From: an uncultured Methanosarcinales archaeon
Lineage (GTDB): Archaea; Nanobdellota; Nanobdellia; Woesearchaeales; ARS49
Direction of reading: 5' to 3'
NCBI GenBank assembly: GCA_964358315.1
Contig: CAYHOF010000001.1
Span: 39,916 to 103,915 of the forward strand
Length of the DNA: 64,000 nt
Shown here: piece by piece, positions 47,774 to 56,089 of the stretch
Position numbering within the stretch: the first letter of the stretch is position 1
Layout of the letters: the number at the start of each line of letters is the position of its first letter
The notes under the pieces: generated by a model
The model's input: only the letters and a program-made list of their open reading frames with translations
What the model was told of the DNA's origin: nothing
Databases searched by the model: none
Made by a program: the position numbers and the translations under genes

Positions 47774-47899
47774 ATGAAAGAATCATTTTCCAAGAAGGTG
47801 TTGAACTCCAAGAAGGATAACATCGACTGGGATCTCGTGCAACAATTCAAGGATAGTCTTGAAGATATCAAGCATGGACGTGTCCGTCGCGTTGGTTGA
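47774..47899 (+). CDS. Tiny orphan antitoxin-like peptide (41 aa), not in ORF track
   Basis: MKESFSKKVLNSKKDNIDWDLVQQFKDSLEDIKHGRVRRVG; SLEDIKxGRV matches archaeal RelB-type C-termini; ATATATA box upstream. Confidence 0.6.
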   Translation: MKESFSKKVLNSKKDNIDWDLVQQFKDSLEDIKHGRVRRVG

Positions 47900-47905
47900 A
47901 AAGGA

Positions 47906-48790
47906 TCAATCGTGTGCGAGCCGTGTATGGTTCATGCCAAAAAGAATGCTGCCTGCGACGAACAACTTCCGGGAGAGTGTGGTCGCCGCGCGCTTGTTGA
48001 ACACGTCATACTGATTCTTTTCGATCCTGGTCAGGATGTCGCTGTAGAGCACTCTGGCGCAGGCGACGGCCTTCCTGCGGGTCGGCGGGATGGATAGCAG
48101 GCCTTTGTCTGCTTCTGCGTAGATGTGACGGTTCCGCTCGATCTGAAAGCGCATGAACGCCTTCCAATTGTCGTCCACGATGCCGTTCTTGATGTGGTCT
48201 TCGGTCACGCCGAAGCGTTCCATGTCCTCAAGCGGCATGTAGATGCGGCCGCGCGCATAATCTTCTTTGATGTCGCGCAAGAAATTCGTGACTTGCATCG
48301 CCTCGCCAAGCTGTGCGGCATGCGTAAGTGCTTTCTCGTCGTCGACCCCGAGCAGCGGGCACATCATGCGGCCAACGCACGACGCGCTGCCCCGCATGTA
48401 CTTCTGCAGCTCCGCATACGTCTTGTAGCGGGAGATGGTGAGGTCGCTTTCCATCGCGTCGAGGAAATCAAGCGCGTCCTTGAGCTGGATACCCATGGTG
48501 CGCATGGTGTGGCCGAACGCGTGAAGGATAGGGTTCTCGACTGACTTGTTCGCGTGCGCTTGGATGGTCTGCATGCGGAACTGGCGCACCGCGCGGCACC
48601 GTTCAGGGATGGTGGCGTGGACTGGATTGTCCACGAGCTCGTCCGGATAGCGCACGAAGCCATAGAGCGCGTTCACGTGCGGACGCACGTCCTTTGGGAA
48701 GAGCAGCGTGCTGAAATAGTACGTCTTGCCATGATGCTGCTGGATGCGACGGCATTCTTCATACGCCGGCAGCAGGTGGGGCGGGATCAT
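47906..48790 (-). CDS. crtB: Phytoene synthase
   Basis: HGKTYYFST, LYGFVRYPDELVD, LGEAMQVTNFLRDIKEDYARGRIYMP. Confidence 0.93.
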   Translation of the reverse strand: MIPPHLLPAYEECRRIQQHHGKTYYFSTLLFPKDVRPHVNALYGFVRYPDELVDNPVHATIPERCRAVRQFRMQTIQAHANKSVENPILHAFGHTMRTMGIQLKDALDFLDAMESDLTISRYKTYAELQKYMRGSASCVGRMMCPLLGVDDEKALTHAAQLGEAMQVTNFLRDIKEDYARGRIYMPLEDMERFGVTEDHIKNGIVDDNWKAFMRFQIERNRHIYAEADKGLLSIPPTRRKAVACARVLYSDILTRIEKNQYDVFNKRAATTLSRKLFVAGSILFGMNHTRLAHD

Positions 48791-50235
48791 AGGATGCGCT
48801 CCGCCACAAGCTTGCTTGCGATGAACACCATCGGCACTCCCGAGCCAGGATTCGTGCTCGCGCCGACATAATACAGGTTCTTGATGCGCGGGTCGACGTT
48901 GTTGGGACGGAACGCCGCGCTCTGGAATAGTCCGTGCGAGACGCCGAACGCGCTGCCGCGATGCATGCCGAAGCGTCGCTCGAAGTCGTCAGGAGTCATC
49001 ATCTCGCTCACGACAAGGCTTTCGCGCAGGCCTTTCATGCCGAAGTCCTTCTCCATGCTGTCGATGAGGCGGTCCCTGAGGATCGGTGCGTTCGTCGTCC
49101 AGTCGATCGGTGCCTCCAGGTTGGGAACAGGCAGGAGCACCATCATGGATGAGCAGCCTGGCGGTGCGAGGGAAGGATCGGTCATGGTCGGTATGCACAC
49201 GTAATAATTCAAGGCAGTGGGCAACGTCTTGCGTTTGAAAAGGTCGTCGAAGGTCTGTTTGTAGTCGCCGCTCAGGCGCACGGTGTGGTGGAGCATGCGC
49301 GGGAACTGTTGTGTCGCGCCAAGATAGAGCAGCAGGCAGGAGGAGGATACCTCAAGCTTGCGCGCTTCCTTTTTCCGACCAAGGAAACGCTCGTACGTCG
49401 TGGGCAGATCGACGTTGGAGATGATGACGTCCGCAACGAGCGTGGTGCCGTCCTGCAGAAGCACACCACTCGCCTTATTATTTTCCACGATGATGCGTTG
49501 GACAGGGGTGCGTGTGCGGATGGTGACATTGTGCGTGCGTGCGAGCTTTTCGAGGCTCTCTGCAACTTTGTACATCCCGCCTTTTGGGAAGTAGATACCA
49601 TCCATGAGTTCAGTGTGGGTAAGGATGGAATAGACGGCAGGGCTCTCGTACGGTGACGTTCCCAAGTACATGCTTTGGAACGTGAATGCGGCGCGCAGGC
49701 GCGGGTCGTTGAACACCAAACTCATGCGACTGTAGAGCTTGCCAAGCGCGTTCATCTGCAGGCCGGGCAACAACGCGGACGGCTTGACCATGTCAAGGAC
49801 GCCGTCATAGTTGCGGTTGATGAAGTGCTTCCACGCAATGCGATAGTCCTTCTTGGACTGACTGAGGAATTCCATGAAGCGCTTGGACGATCCTTGCTCG
49901 AAGCGTTCCAGTTGCGCGAGCATGTCAGCCAGGTCCGAGGTGAGCGTGAGCACTGTCTTGTCATCGAAGCGTATCTGGTAGTTCGGCTGCATCCGGATCA
50001 GGTCAAGCTCTTTTTCCAGCGACGTGCCCATTGTCGTGTAGAATTCCTTGAGCGCGTCGAGCATCATGAGCAATGACGGTCCGGTGTCGAACGTGTAGCC
50101 ATCCTTGCTGAACGTGTTGCAACGGCCACCGACCTTCTCGTCCTGCTCGAGCACGGTCACGGCATGGCCTGCTTTTGCGAGCCTGCATGCTGTCGCGAGA
50201 CCGCCAAGCCCTGCACCGATGATGACGACCTTCAC
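48787..50235 (-). CDS. crtI: Phytoene desaturase
   Basis: GTG start in GTGA overlap; VVIIGAGLGGL, GGRC, FDTGPS, FPKGGM, NLYYVGASTNPGSGVP. Confidence 0.93.
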   Translation of the reverse strand: MKVVIIGAGLGGLATACRLAKAGHAVTVLEQDEKVGGRCNTFSKDGYTFDTGPSLLMMLDALKEFYTTMGTSLEKELDLIRMQPNYQIRFDDKTVLTLTSDLADMLAQLERFEQGSSKRFMEFLSQSKKDYRIAWKHFINRNYDGVLDMVKPSALLPGLQMNALGKLYSRMSLVFNDPRLRAAFTFQSMYLGTSPYESPAVYSILTHTELMDGIYFPKGGMYKVAESLEKLARTHNVTIRTRTPVQRIIVENNKASGVLLQDGTTLVADVIISNVDLPTTYERFLGRKKEARKLEVSSSCLLLYLGATQQFPRMLHHTVRLSGDYKQTFDDLFKRKTLPTALNYYVCIPTMTDPSLAPPGCSSMMVLLPVPNLEAPIDWTTNAPILRDRLIDSMEKDFGMKGLRESLVVSEMMTPDDFERRFGMHRGSAFGVSHGLFQSAAFRPNNVDPRIKNLYYVGASTNPGSGVPMVFIASKLVAERIL

Positions 50236-51383
50236 AGGATGCCTCCAGGATTGAGCGCGACGATCAACAAAAGCGTGAGCCCCATGCCAACGCCATAATT
50301 GAGCCACATGAACGCCTTCCACGCGCCACGTGCCGCATGTTCGGTCGCGTACATCATGAAGATGGCGGTGACGAGCGCGAAAAGCAGCAGGAGCGCGGCG
50401 GCGATGACGCGAAGGATGCCGCCTTGGATGAGGACGAGCACGACAGCGGTCAAATAGAGGAACAACGAGTACATGCCGCTCGAGAACGGACCCAACATGG
50501 TCGCGACAGATTTCATCTTCACTTCTTTGTCGACAGTGATGTCCTGGATTGCGCCAAGCGCCTGGGACGCCATGCACCAGCACACGAACGCGATGATGTC
50601 AAGGACCGGGTAGTTGGTGGTGTCGAAGAACGCGAGCGCGAACACGAACGGCGTGACGAAATGCGTGGCTGAGACGAACGAGTCAAGCACAGGCACTTCT
50701 TTGAGCCGCAACGGCGGCGCGCTGTAGGCGAACGTGGTGAAGAGCAGGAAGAGGAAGATGAGGATCGCTGCAATGCTGCCGCTCGCCACGACATAGATGA
50801 TGAAGGGGATGTTGAGCAGCGCGATCATCAGCCACATCGGGCGGTGCGCGATGGGAGGCAGCAGGCCACCTTCAACAGAGTTCTTGCGGGGATTGCGGGC
50901 GTCGGAAGGGTAGTCGTAGATGTCGTTGATGCCGTACAATGCGAGATTGAAGGGCAACGTGAAGTACAACGTCGTGAAGACTGCCTTTGTCGTGAGTCCT
51001 TCCTTGGTGAGCCAGGCAGCGACCACCACCACGAACGCGATGTTGATCCATGAGATAGGGCGGGAGGAAAGGAATGCTTGCTTGAGTGAGAGCGTGCCTG
51101 GATGATGTAGGTATTCCCAAATGATAAATGCGAAATAGAACAATGCGAAACCGTACAGGAAGTCCTCGATGGGTGCGGTGCCGATGAACACGCCGCTCAG
51201 TAGCGCAGGATTGTAGTGCACGATGCGGCCAGCAAGATAGTTATCGAAGAGCGCGGTCACCATGAACAACAACGTCTGCACAAGCCAGAAGCGCAGCGTG
51301 GTGTTGAGGTAGGTGCGCAGCGCTGCGTCAAGCATGAACGCTGCGGCGATCATGACGAGCGCGACCGAGAGGTAGTCAGCCAT
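50232..51383 (-). CDS. Fusion of lycopene cyclase subunit and UbiA-type lycopene elongase (CrtEb/LbtBC-like)
   Basis: N-terminal FDNYL..GTAPIEDFLY cyclase motif; SSRPISWIN, YGINDIYDYPSDARNPRK, YSAPPLRLKEVP, GAIQDITVD..SVAT elongase motifs. Confidence 0.88.
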   Translation of the reverse strand: MADYLSVALVMIAAAFMLDAALRTYLNTTLRFWLVQTLLFMVTALFDNYLAGRIVHYNPALLSGVFIGTAPIEDFLYGFALFYFAFIIWEYLHHPGTLSLKQAFLSSRPISWINIAFVVVVAAWLTKEGLTTKAVFTTLYFTLPFNLALYGINDIYDYPSDARNPRKNSVEGGLLPPIAHRPMWLMIALLNIPFIIYVVASGSIAAILIFLFLLFTTFAYSAPPLRLKEVPVLDSFVSATHFVTPFVFALAFFDTTNYPVLDIIAFVCWCMASQALGAIQDITVDKEVKMKSVATMLGPFSSGMYSLFLYLTAVVLVLIQGGILRVIAAALLLLFALVTAIFMMYATEHAARGAWKAFMWLNYGVGMGLTLLLIVALNPGGIL

Positions 51384-51666
51384 GGTCGCTCCACACCCAG
51401 ACGACAAGTGCGAAATACGTCGCTGCCGCGAGGAAGACGAACTCCTCGAGCGGGATGCCGGCGAGAGAGAATCCCAGGACATGCTCGGAGGGCGTCCACC
51501 ACAGTCCTGTGATCGTGCCGACAAGGTCCCATGCGATGAAGAGGACGAGGATTGCCGCGATGACGATTATGAGCTTGCTCCCAAGGACTTTGGTGCGAAG
51601 GCGCATATCCAGCAACAACGTGCCCACTACCATGATCGACAATACCAGGAGATATTCGAGTGCCAT
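51376..51666 (-). CDS. Lycopene cyclase domain protein (heterodimeric cyclase subunit)
   Basis: FIAWDLVG..GIPLEEFVFL. Confidence 0.85.
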   Translation of the reverse strand: MALEYLLVLSIMVVGTLLLDMRLRTKVLGSKLIIVIAAILVLFIAWDLVGTITGLWWTPSEHVLGFSLAGIPLEEFVFLAAATYFALVVWVWSDHG

Positions 51667-51667
51667 G

Positions 51668-52645
51668 TCAGACCAACAAGCGCTGCGCGAGCTCGCGCAA
51701 TGCCTCTTTCTCATTCGCGCGCATCGAGAGCGCGTCGAGCGCGATCAACGCCTGCCGCAGGAGCCTGTTGATCTTCGCCTGCGTGTACGCGATCGAGTCC
51801 CTCTTCTCGAGCACGTGCATGAGCTCATCGCTTGAGCCGTTCTCGAGCGCACTCAAGATGACGCTCTTGTCGTCCTGATCGCCATGGTGGTATGCGTGGA
51901 CGACGGGCAACGACTTCTCGAGCGTGCCGCCCGCGAGGTCATCCAGGTCGTCCTTGAGCTGGAACGCCTCGCCAAGCGGCAGCGCGACCTTGGCTATACG
52001 GTCCAATTCTTCATCGTGCACACCGCACAGGATGGCGCCCACTTGCAGCGGCGCCTCGAAGCCGTAGCGCGCGGTCTTGAGCAGGTCTGCACGCAACACG
52101 TCCTCTTCTTTGAGGAGTGGCAGGGGTTCGGTCGCGTTCTCGATGTCCTTGAGTTGGCCCACCCCGGTGTCGTGCGTGATCGCGAGGATGCGACCGAGCA
52201 GCCGCACCGTGACGCTCGCCGGCGCGTCGAGGCTCGTGAACGTCTGCAACGCAATGGTGTACGCAAGATCGCCTGCGATGATCGCAAGGTCGTTGCCGCT
52301 GTGGCCAAGCTCCTTGTGCAACGCAGGGGAACCACGACGCACCACTGCCTTGTCGTTGATGTCGTCATGCACGAGCATGAATGTGTGCAAGAGCTCGAGC
52401 GCGGCGGCGGCCTCGATGATTGCGGGTGCGGGCTCCCCTTGCACGTAGCCGTTATATGCGATGATTGCAAGCAGCGGCCGTATGCGCTTGCCTGGACGCA
52501 GCGTGAACGCGACAAGCCGGTCGTAGATCCTGCGCGTCGCGTCATCCTCGTTGCAGCGTGCACAGTAGCGCTCAAGGATGATGCCCAGCGCGCCGTCGAT
52601 GCGCGGCCGGAACTCCTGCAGATAATACGATAATGACGAATCCAT
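51668..52645 (-). CDS. crtE: Geranylgeranyl diphosphate synthase
   Basis: GKRIRP, HTFMLVHDDINDK..RRG, GDL, GQLKD, LKTARY, FQLKDDLDD; GGGGTG SD before ATG 52645. Confidence 0.88.
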   Translation of the reverse strand: MDSSLSYYLQEFRPRIDGALGIILERYCARCNEDDATRRIYDRLVAFTLRPGKRIRPLLAIIAYNGYVQGEPAPAIIEAAAALELLHTFMLVHDDINDKAVVRRGSPALHKELGHSGNDLAIIAGDLAYTIALQTFTSLDAPASVTVRLLGRILAITHDTGVGQLKDIENATEPLPLLKEEDVLRADLLKTARYGFEAPLQVGAILCGVHDEELDRIAKVALPLGEAFQLKDDLDDLAGGTLEKSLPVVHAYHHGDQDDKSVILSALENGSSDELMHVLEKRDSIAYTQAKINRLLRQALIALDALSMRANEKEALRELAQRLLV

Positions 52646-52702
52646 CACACACCCCGTTCTTGTGCGGTCAGCGTCGCTATAAAAGGTTTCCTTCAAAGAA
52701 TG

Positions 52703-52733
52703 ACAGGAAGGACGGCCGGGCCATCCTTCCTGT
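52703..52733 (-). other. 14-bp hairpin in divergent crtE/acyP intergenic region
   Basis: Minus strand ACAGGAAGGAUGGC-CCG-GCCGUCCUUCCUGU with one G:U pair. Confidence 0.5.
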
Positions 52734-52839
52734 TTCACGCCCTTTTTTGATTTTGACAACAAAGTTAATTTATATCCATTGTTATCATACAATCTCATGT
52801 CGCCAGCGCTGTGGTTGGCGAGCATATGTTGGAGTGGCT

Positions 52840-53112
52840 ATGTTACAAGAGGCGCACTGCATCGTGACGGGCAAGGTCCAGGGTGTGTTCTACCGTTCGT
52901 TCGCGCAGCGCACAGCCACGCTGCTCGGGCTTGTCGGCTACGCCAAGAACCTGCCGGACGGCAATGTCGAGCTCGTCGCACAAGGACCCCAAGCCACCGT
53001 CGATGAATTCCTGCGCCGCTGCCGTGAAGGTCCTCCTGGCGCGATGGTCGACGACGTGACGTGCACGTGGCGGCCTGCGCGCGGGCAGCACAAGCGCTTC
53101 GAGACGCACTGA
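52840..53112 (+). CDS. acyP: Acylphosphatase
   Basis: GKVQGVFYR, GYAKNLPDGNVE, GPPGA; GGAG SD. Confidence 0.92.
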   Translation: MLQEAHCIVTGKVQGVFYRSFAQRTATLLGLVGYAKNLPDGNVELVAQGPQATVDEFLRRCREGPPGAMVDDVTCTWRPARGQHKRFETH

Positions 53113-53150
53113 GCGGCACTTATTTATAGCGGCATCACGTGCCAGTTACT

Positions 53151-53678
53151 ATGAAAAATGCGGTGATCGTGGCGGTGCTTTGTGCTGCGCTTCTTGTCGC
53201 GTGCACGCCGAGCCAGCCAGCGACGCCTCAGGGCAGTGTTCCCGAGCAGTCACAACCAGGCCCGTTGCAGACCACGCCGACAGTGCCCACGACGACCCAA
53301 GACGCACCGCCTCTCCCGCCGCAGCCAGCGACAGCCGGCGCTCTCTCAGGCTATATCGATTATGACGCCGCGCGCTACAAACAAGCGACCGACAGCGGCC
53401 AGCTCGTCTTCCTCGAGTTCTACGCTGCCTGGTGTCCGTTCTGCCGCGCGCTCGACCCGATCATCAGGGAGGCGTTCTCGGAATTGCAGGACGAAAAGGT
53501 CGATGTCGTGGGCTTCCGCGTGGATTACGACACGCAGAAAGACCTCAAGAAACAGTTCGGCGTCACGTACCAGCACACGCACATCCTGCTCAAGGACGGC
53601 AAGGTGGTGTGGCGCGCGCTCGATTCTGGCCTCACAAAAGAGGAATTGAAGGAGACGATCGTGAAGTACGCGGGCTAG
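53151..53678 (+). CDS. Thioredoxin-domain lipoprotein
   Basis: LVAC lipobox, Pro/Gln/Thr linker, FYAAWCPFC; TTTATA 53123-53128. Confidence 0.88.
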   Translation: MKNAVIVAVLCAALLVACTPSQPATPQGSVPEQSQPGPLQTTPTVPTTTQDAPPLPPQPATAGALSGYIDYDAARYKQATDSGQLVFLEFYAAWCPFCRALDPIIREAFSELQDEKVDVVGFRVDYDTQKDLKKQFGVTYQHTHILLKDGKVVWRALDSGLTKEELKETIVKYAG

Positions 53679-53679
53679 C

Positions 53680-55005
53680 TCACAACGGCGCGCGTGCGAT
53701 GACAGTGTAGGGAGGCCATTCTTGGTTGCGTGCCCGCAACGTCCGGTATGCTTGTTCTTCGATGTCGCGCAGCACGAGCTCGCGCATCTGCGGCAGGTTT
53801 GCCTTGTCCCTCAGGCCGACGTTGCTCGCGAGGAAACATGCGTTCATTCCCTTGTCGCCCGCGACCGCTTCGATGAATCCTTGCCACCATGCCGCACCTG
53901 GCTGGAACGTCTTCATGGTCTGGTGCAGTTTCTCGTAGTTCTGCGTGCGTCGTTGCTTGAATGTATAGTCAGACTCGTGTAACTTGTGGGGAAGCGCGAC
54001 ATTCTCGTATATGAGCCGCGTGAGCATGCACGTGAGCGATTCCTCTGCGGACACGTTACGGTAAGGCACGTAGGCGGCAGCGAGCGCCGTGCGGTGGCCG
54101 AATGCGTGATCGATGCTGTATTGCACGGGCTGCGAGCGGTATGCGTGGATCATCTTCCTGTTCTTCGGGTTGATGTATGGGTTGAGGCCTTCGAGCCAGA
54201 TGCAGTACAGATCACGCCTGCGCATGAGCGAGTGCAGCGTCACGCCTTCCTGCCGCACGAGCTGGTCGCCACCATGGTCGAGGTCCAGGATGGTGGCATA
54301 GTGCGTCACCGTGCGTCCCTTTGCGCGCAAGGCGCGGATGGCGTTCACCGCGCGCGTGCCTGTGCGCACGATGACGTCGAAGGGAAGGACGTGCGTCTCC
54401 TTGACGCCGTGTCCATCGGTGTACTCGAACAGCGGTTCCTTGACGAGCCTGTCGAGGTACGGCAAAAACACGCCTGCATTGTCGCTGCACGCGACAAGCG
54501 CGCCGAGTCTGCCCAGCCACCAACTCTTGAAACGGCCCTCCTTGCGCAATTGCGCCTCGGATTCCACCTTGCTCTGGCGCAAGAACGACGCGAACACCGC
54601 CGCCATGTCGTTCATCGTCGCTTCGCTCGGCGGGGCGACGCGATCATCGACGCCGTCACCACGCAACCGGTCGAAATCGTAGCGCACCGGACTCGGCATG
54701 CTCGTGCCGCGCGGCACGTACATGCGGCATGTCGGATCAGCATGATAGATCCCGCTCGCGGCGAGCAGGCATGTCATCCTGTGCGCGAGTTGGTCGAGCG
54801 TGCACTCATCCTTGGCGATCATCGCGGGCGTGTGCTTGTCCACGACGTGATAGCGGGACGTGAATGGGGGTTTGGGCCGCATCTTGGCGTCCATGCGTTC
54901 GACAGTCGCCGCGAAAAGCTTTTGTCGCTCTTCTTCCTTTTTCGCCGCCGCATCCTTCCTCTCAAGTTCCAGCAGCCGCAGCTTGCTATCGAGATCGTCA
55001 ACCAT
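53680..55005 (-). CDS. Hypothetical protein with degenerate phosphoribosyltransferase (OPRT-like) segment
   Basis: HVLPFDVIVRTGTRAVNAIRALRAKGRTVTHYATILDLDHGGDQLVRQEGVTLHSL resembles OPRT C-terminal half; N-terminal coiled coil. Confidence 0.55.
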   Translation of the reverse strand: MVDDLDSKLRLLELERKDAAAKKEEERQKLFAATVERMDAKMRPKPPFTSRYHVVDKHTPAMIAKDECTLDQLAHRMTCLLAASGIYHADPTCRMYVPRGTSMPSPVRYDFDRLRGDGVDDRVAPPSEATMNDMAAVFASFLRQSKVESEAQLRKEGRFKSWWLGRLGALVACSDNAGVFLPYLDRLVKEPLFEYTDGHGVKETHVLPFDVIVRTGTRAVNAIRALRAKGRTVTHYATILDLDHGGDQLVRQEGVTLHSLMRRRDLYCIWLEGLNPYINPKNRKMIHAYRSQPVQYSIDHAFGHRTALAAAYVPYRNVSAEESLTCMLTRLIYENVALPHKLHESDYTFKQRRTQNYEKLHQTMKTFQPGAAWWQGFIEAVAGDKGMNACFLASNVGLRDKANLPQMRELVLRDIEEQAYRTLRARNQEWPPYTVIARAPL

Positions 55006-55471
55006 TGCCCATCCTCGCTTGTTCGACCGCGGCGACGTATTCCTTGACGCGCTGCGTGGTCGCCTTGAGCACGAACTGCTCGATCTTCTCATCGAAGAGC
55101 TGCGTCAGCGATTCACCTTCGTGGATGCGGTACCCATCGCTGACTTTGTCGACAAGATAGATCGCCTTGAGCCTGCGCAGGTGCCTGCGCACGTTGGACG
55201 GGGCGATGCCGACCACTTCAAGGCCCGCGATCTTCCTGCTCCGTACGACTTGTTCGGTGATGGTCTCGAGCTGCAGCGGTTCCTTGGTGTGCAGCAGTGC
55301 ATGCAGCACGTCCACGACACCATCGCGGCTGTCGCCTGGCTGCAGAAGACCTAGTGAAAGACAGAGTTTGCGCGTGAGCTCGCGGCCCTCAAGGCCAAAG
55401 GGCTTTTCGTACTTGCGCAGCGTGAACTCGGCGAGTGGACGCTCCTTGGCAACCCTTTGTTTGACCGCCAT
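54998..55471 (-). CDS. Winged-HTH protein
   Basis: TLRKYEKP, LSLGLLQPGDSRD, SNVRRHLRRLKAIYLVDK; ATAAATA box at 55494-55500. Confidence 0.75.
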   Translation of the reverse strand: MAVKQRVAKERPLAEFTLRKYEKPFGLEGRELTRKLCLSLGLLQPGDSRDGVVDVLHALLHTKEPLQLETITEQVVRSRKIAGLEVVGIAPSNVRRHLRRLKAIYLVDKVSDGYRIHEGESLTQLFDEKIEQFVLKATTQRVKEYVAAVEQARMGNG

Positions 55472-55527
55472 GAGCGATAGGTTATCGCTGCAGTATTTAT
55501 GCTTTGTGAGCGAAGAAGCCCTTGTCC

Positions 55528-56085
55528 TTATTTGATGGTCGCATCGACCAGCGCGACGTTTTTGTACGTCTGCGCGAGCGTCTGTAGATGGCGCTTGCAG
55601 ATGCCATCGAAGCAGTAGATCTTGCGAAGATAACCCGGAAGGGGCAGTTCGCGCTCGACCAGCATGATGGGCGACTGTGCAGCGGGGATGTGCAGGTTGT
55701 CTACCGGCAGCTGCAGCAGCTCGGTCGGGACGTCGAGCGCCAGCATGGCTGGCAGGATACGTTGTTTCATGTTCACAGGCACGCTTGCGATGGTGTCCCT
55801 CATTCCGCGGGCTTGTCTCGCATCCCGGTAGAGGCAGATGAAGTATTGTCGTTGGCTTTCGCGTGTCGCATGGTCGTGCACGAGGAGGCTTTGTTTTTCC
55901 TGGTCGACGGTGTCGCCGTCCTTGGTCGCGGCGCATAAGCGATAGAATGCCTCGACGCGCTTCTCGATGGCGCGCATGTATGGTGCGCGTCGCCTCGAGA
56001 ACGGCGTGAGCGCAGCACACCGTATGCAGCGCTTCTCGAGCGTCTCGGTCATGTCGTTGGCCGCGTAGAACAGTGTTTCGCGCAT
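55528..56085 (-). CDS. Hypothetical protein
   Basis: 185-aa ORF 4 nt after cyclase stop, co-oriented. Confidence 0.5.
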   Translation of the reverse strand: MRETLFYAANDMTETLEKRCIRCAALTPFSRRRAPYMRAIEKRVEAFYRLCAATKDGDTVDQEKQSLLVHDHATRESQRQYFICLYRDARQARGMRDTIASVPVNMKQRILPAMLALDVPTELLQLPVDNLHIPAAQSPIMLVERELPLPGYLRKIYCFDGICKRHLQTLAQTYKNVALVDATIK

Positions 56086-56089
56086 GTGC

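Noticed and set aside
41279-47905. Integron or prophage interpretation of the accessory region
   Set aside because: No integrase, attC-like GTTRRRY stem-loops or virion genes seen in the window.
50236-50583. Apparent N-terminal extension of CrtI
   Set aside because: Overlaps the elongase gene; the Rossmann motif starts at GTG 50235 in a GTGA overlap.
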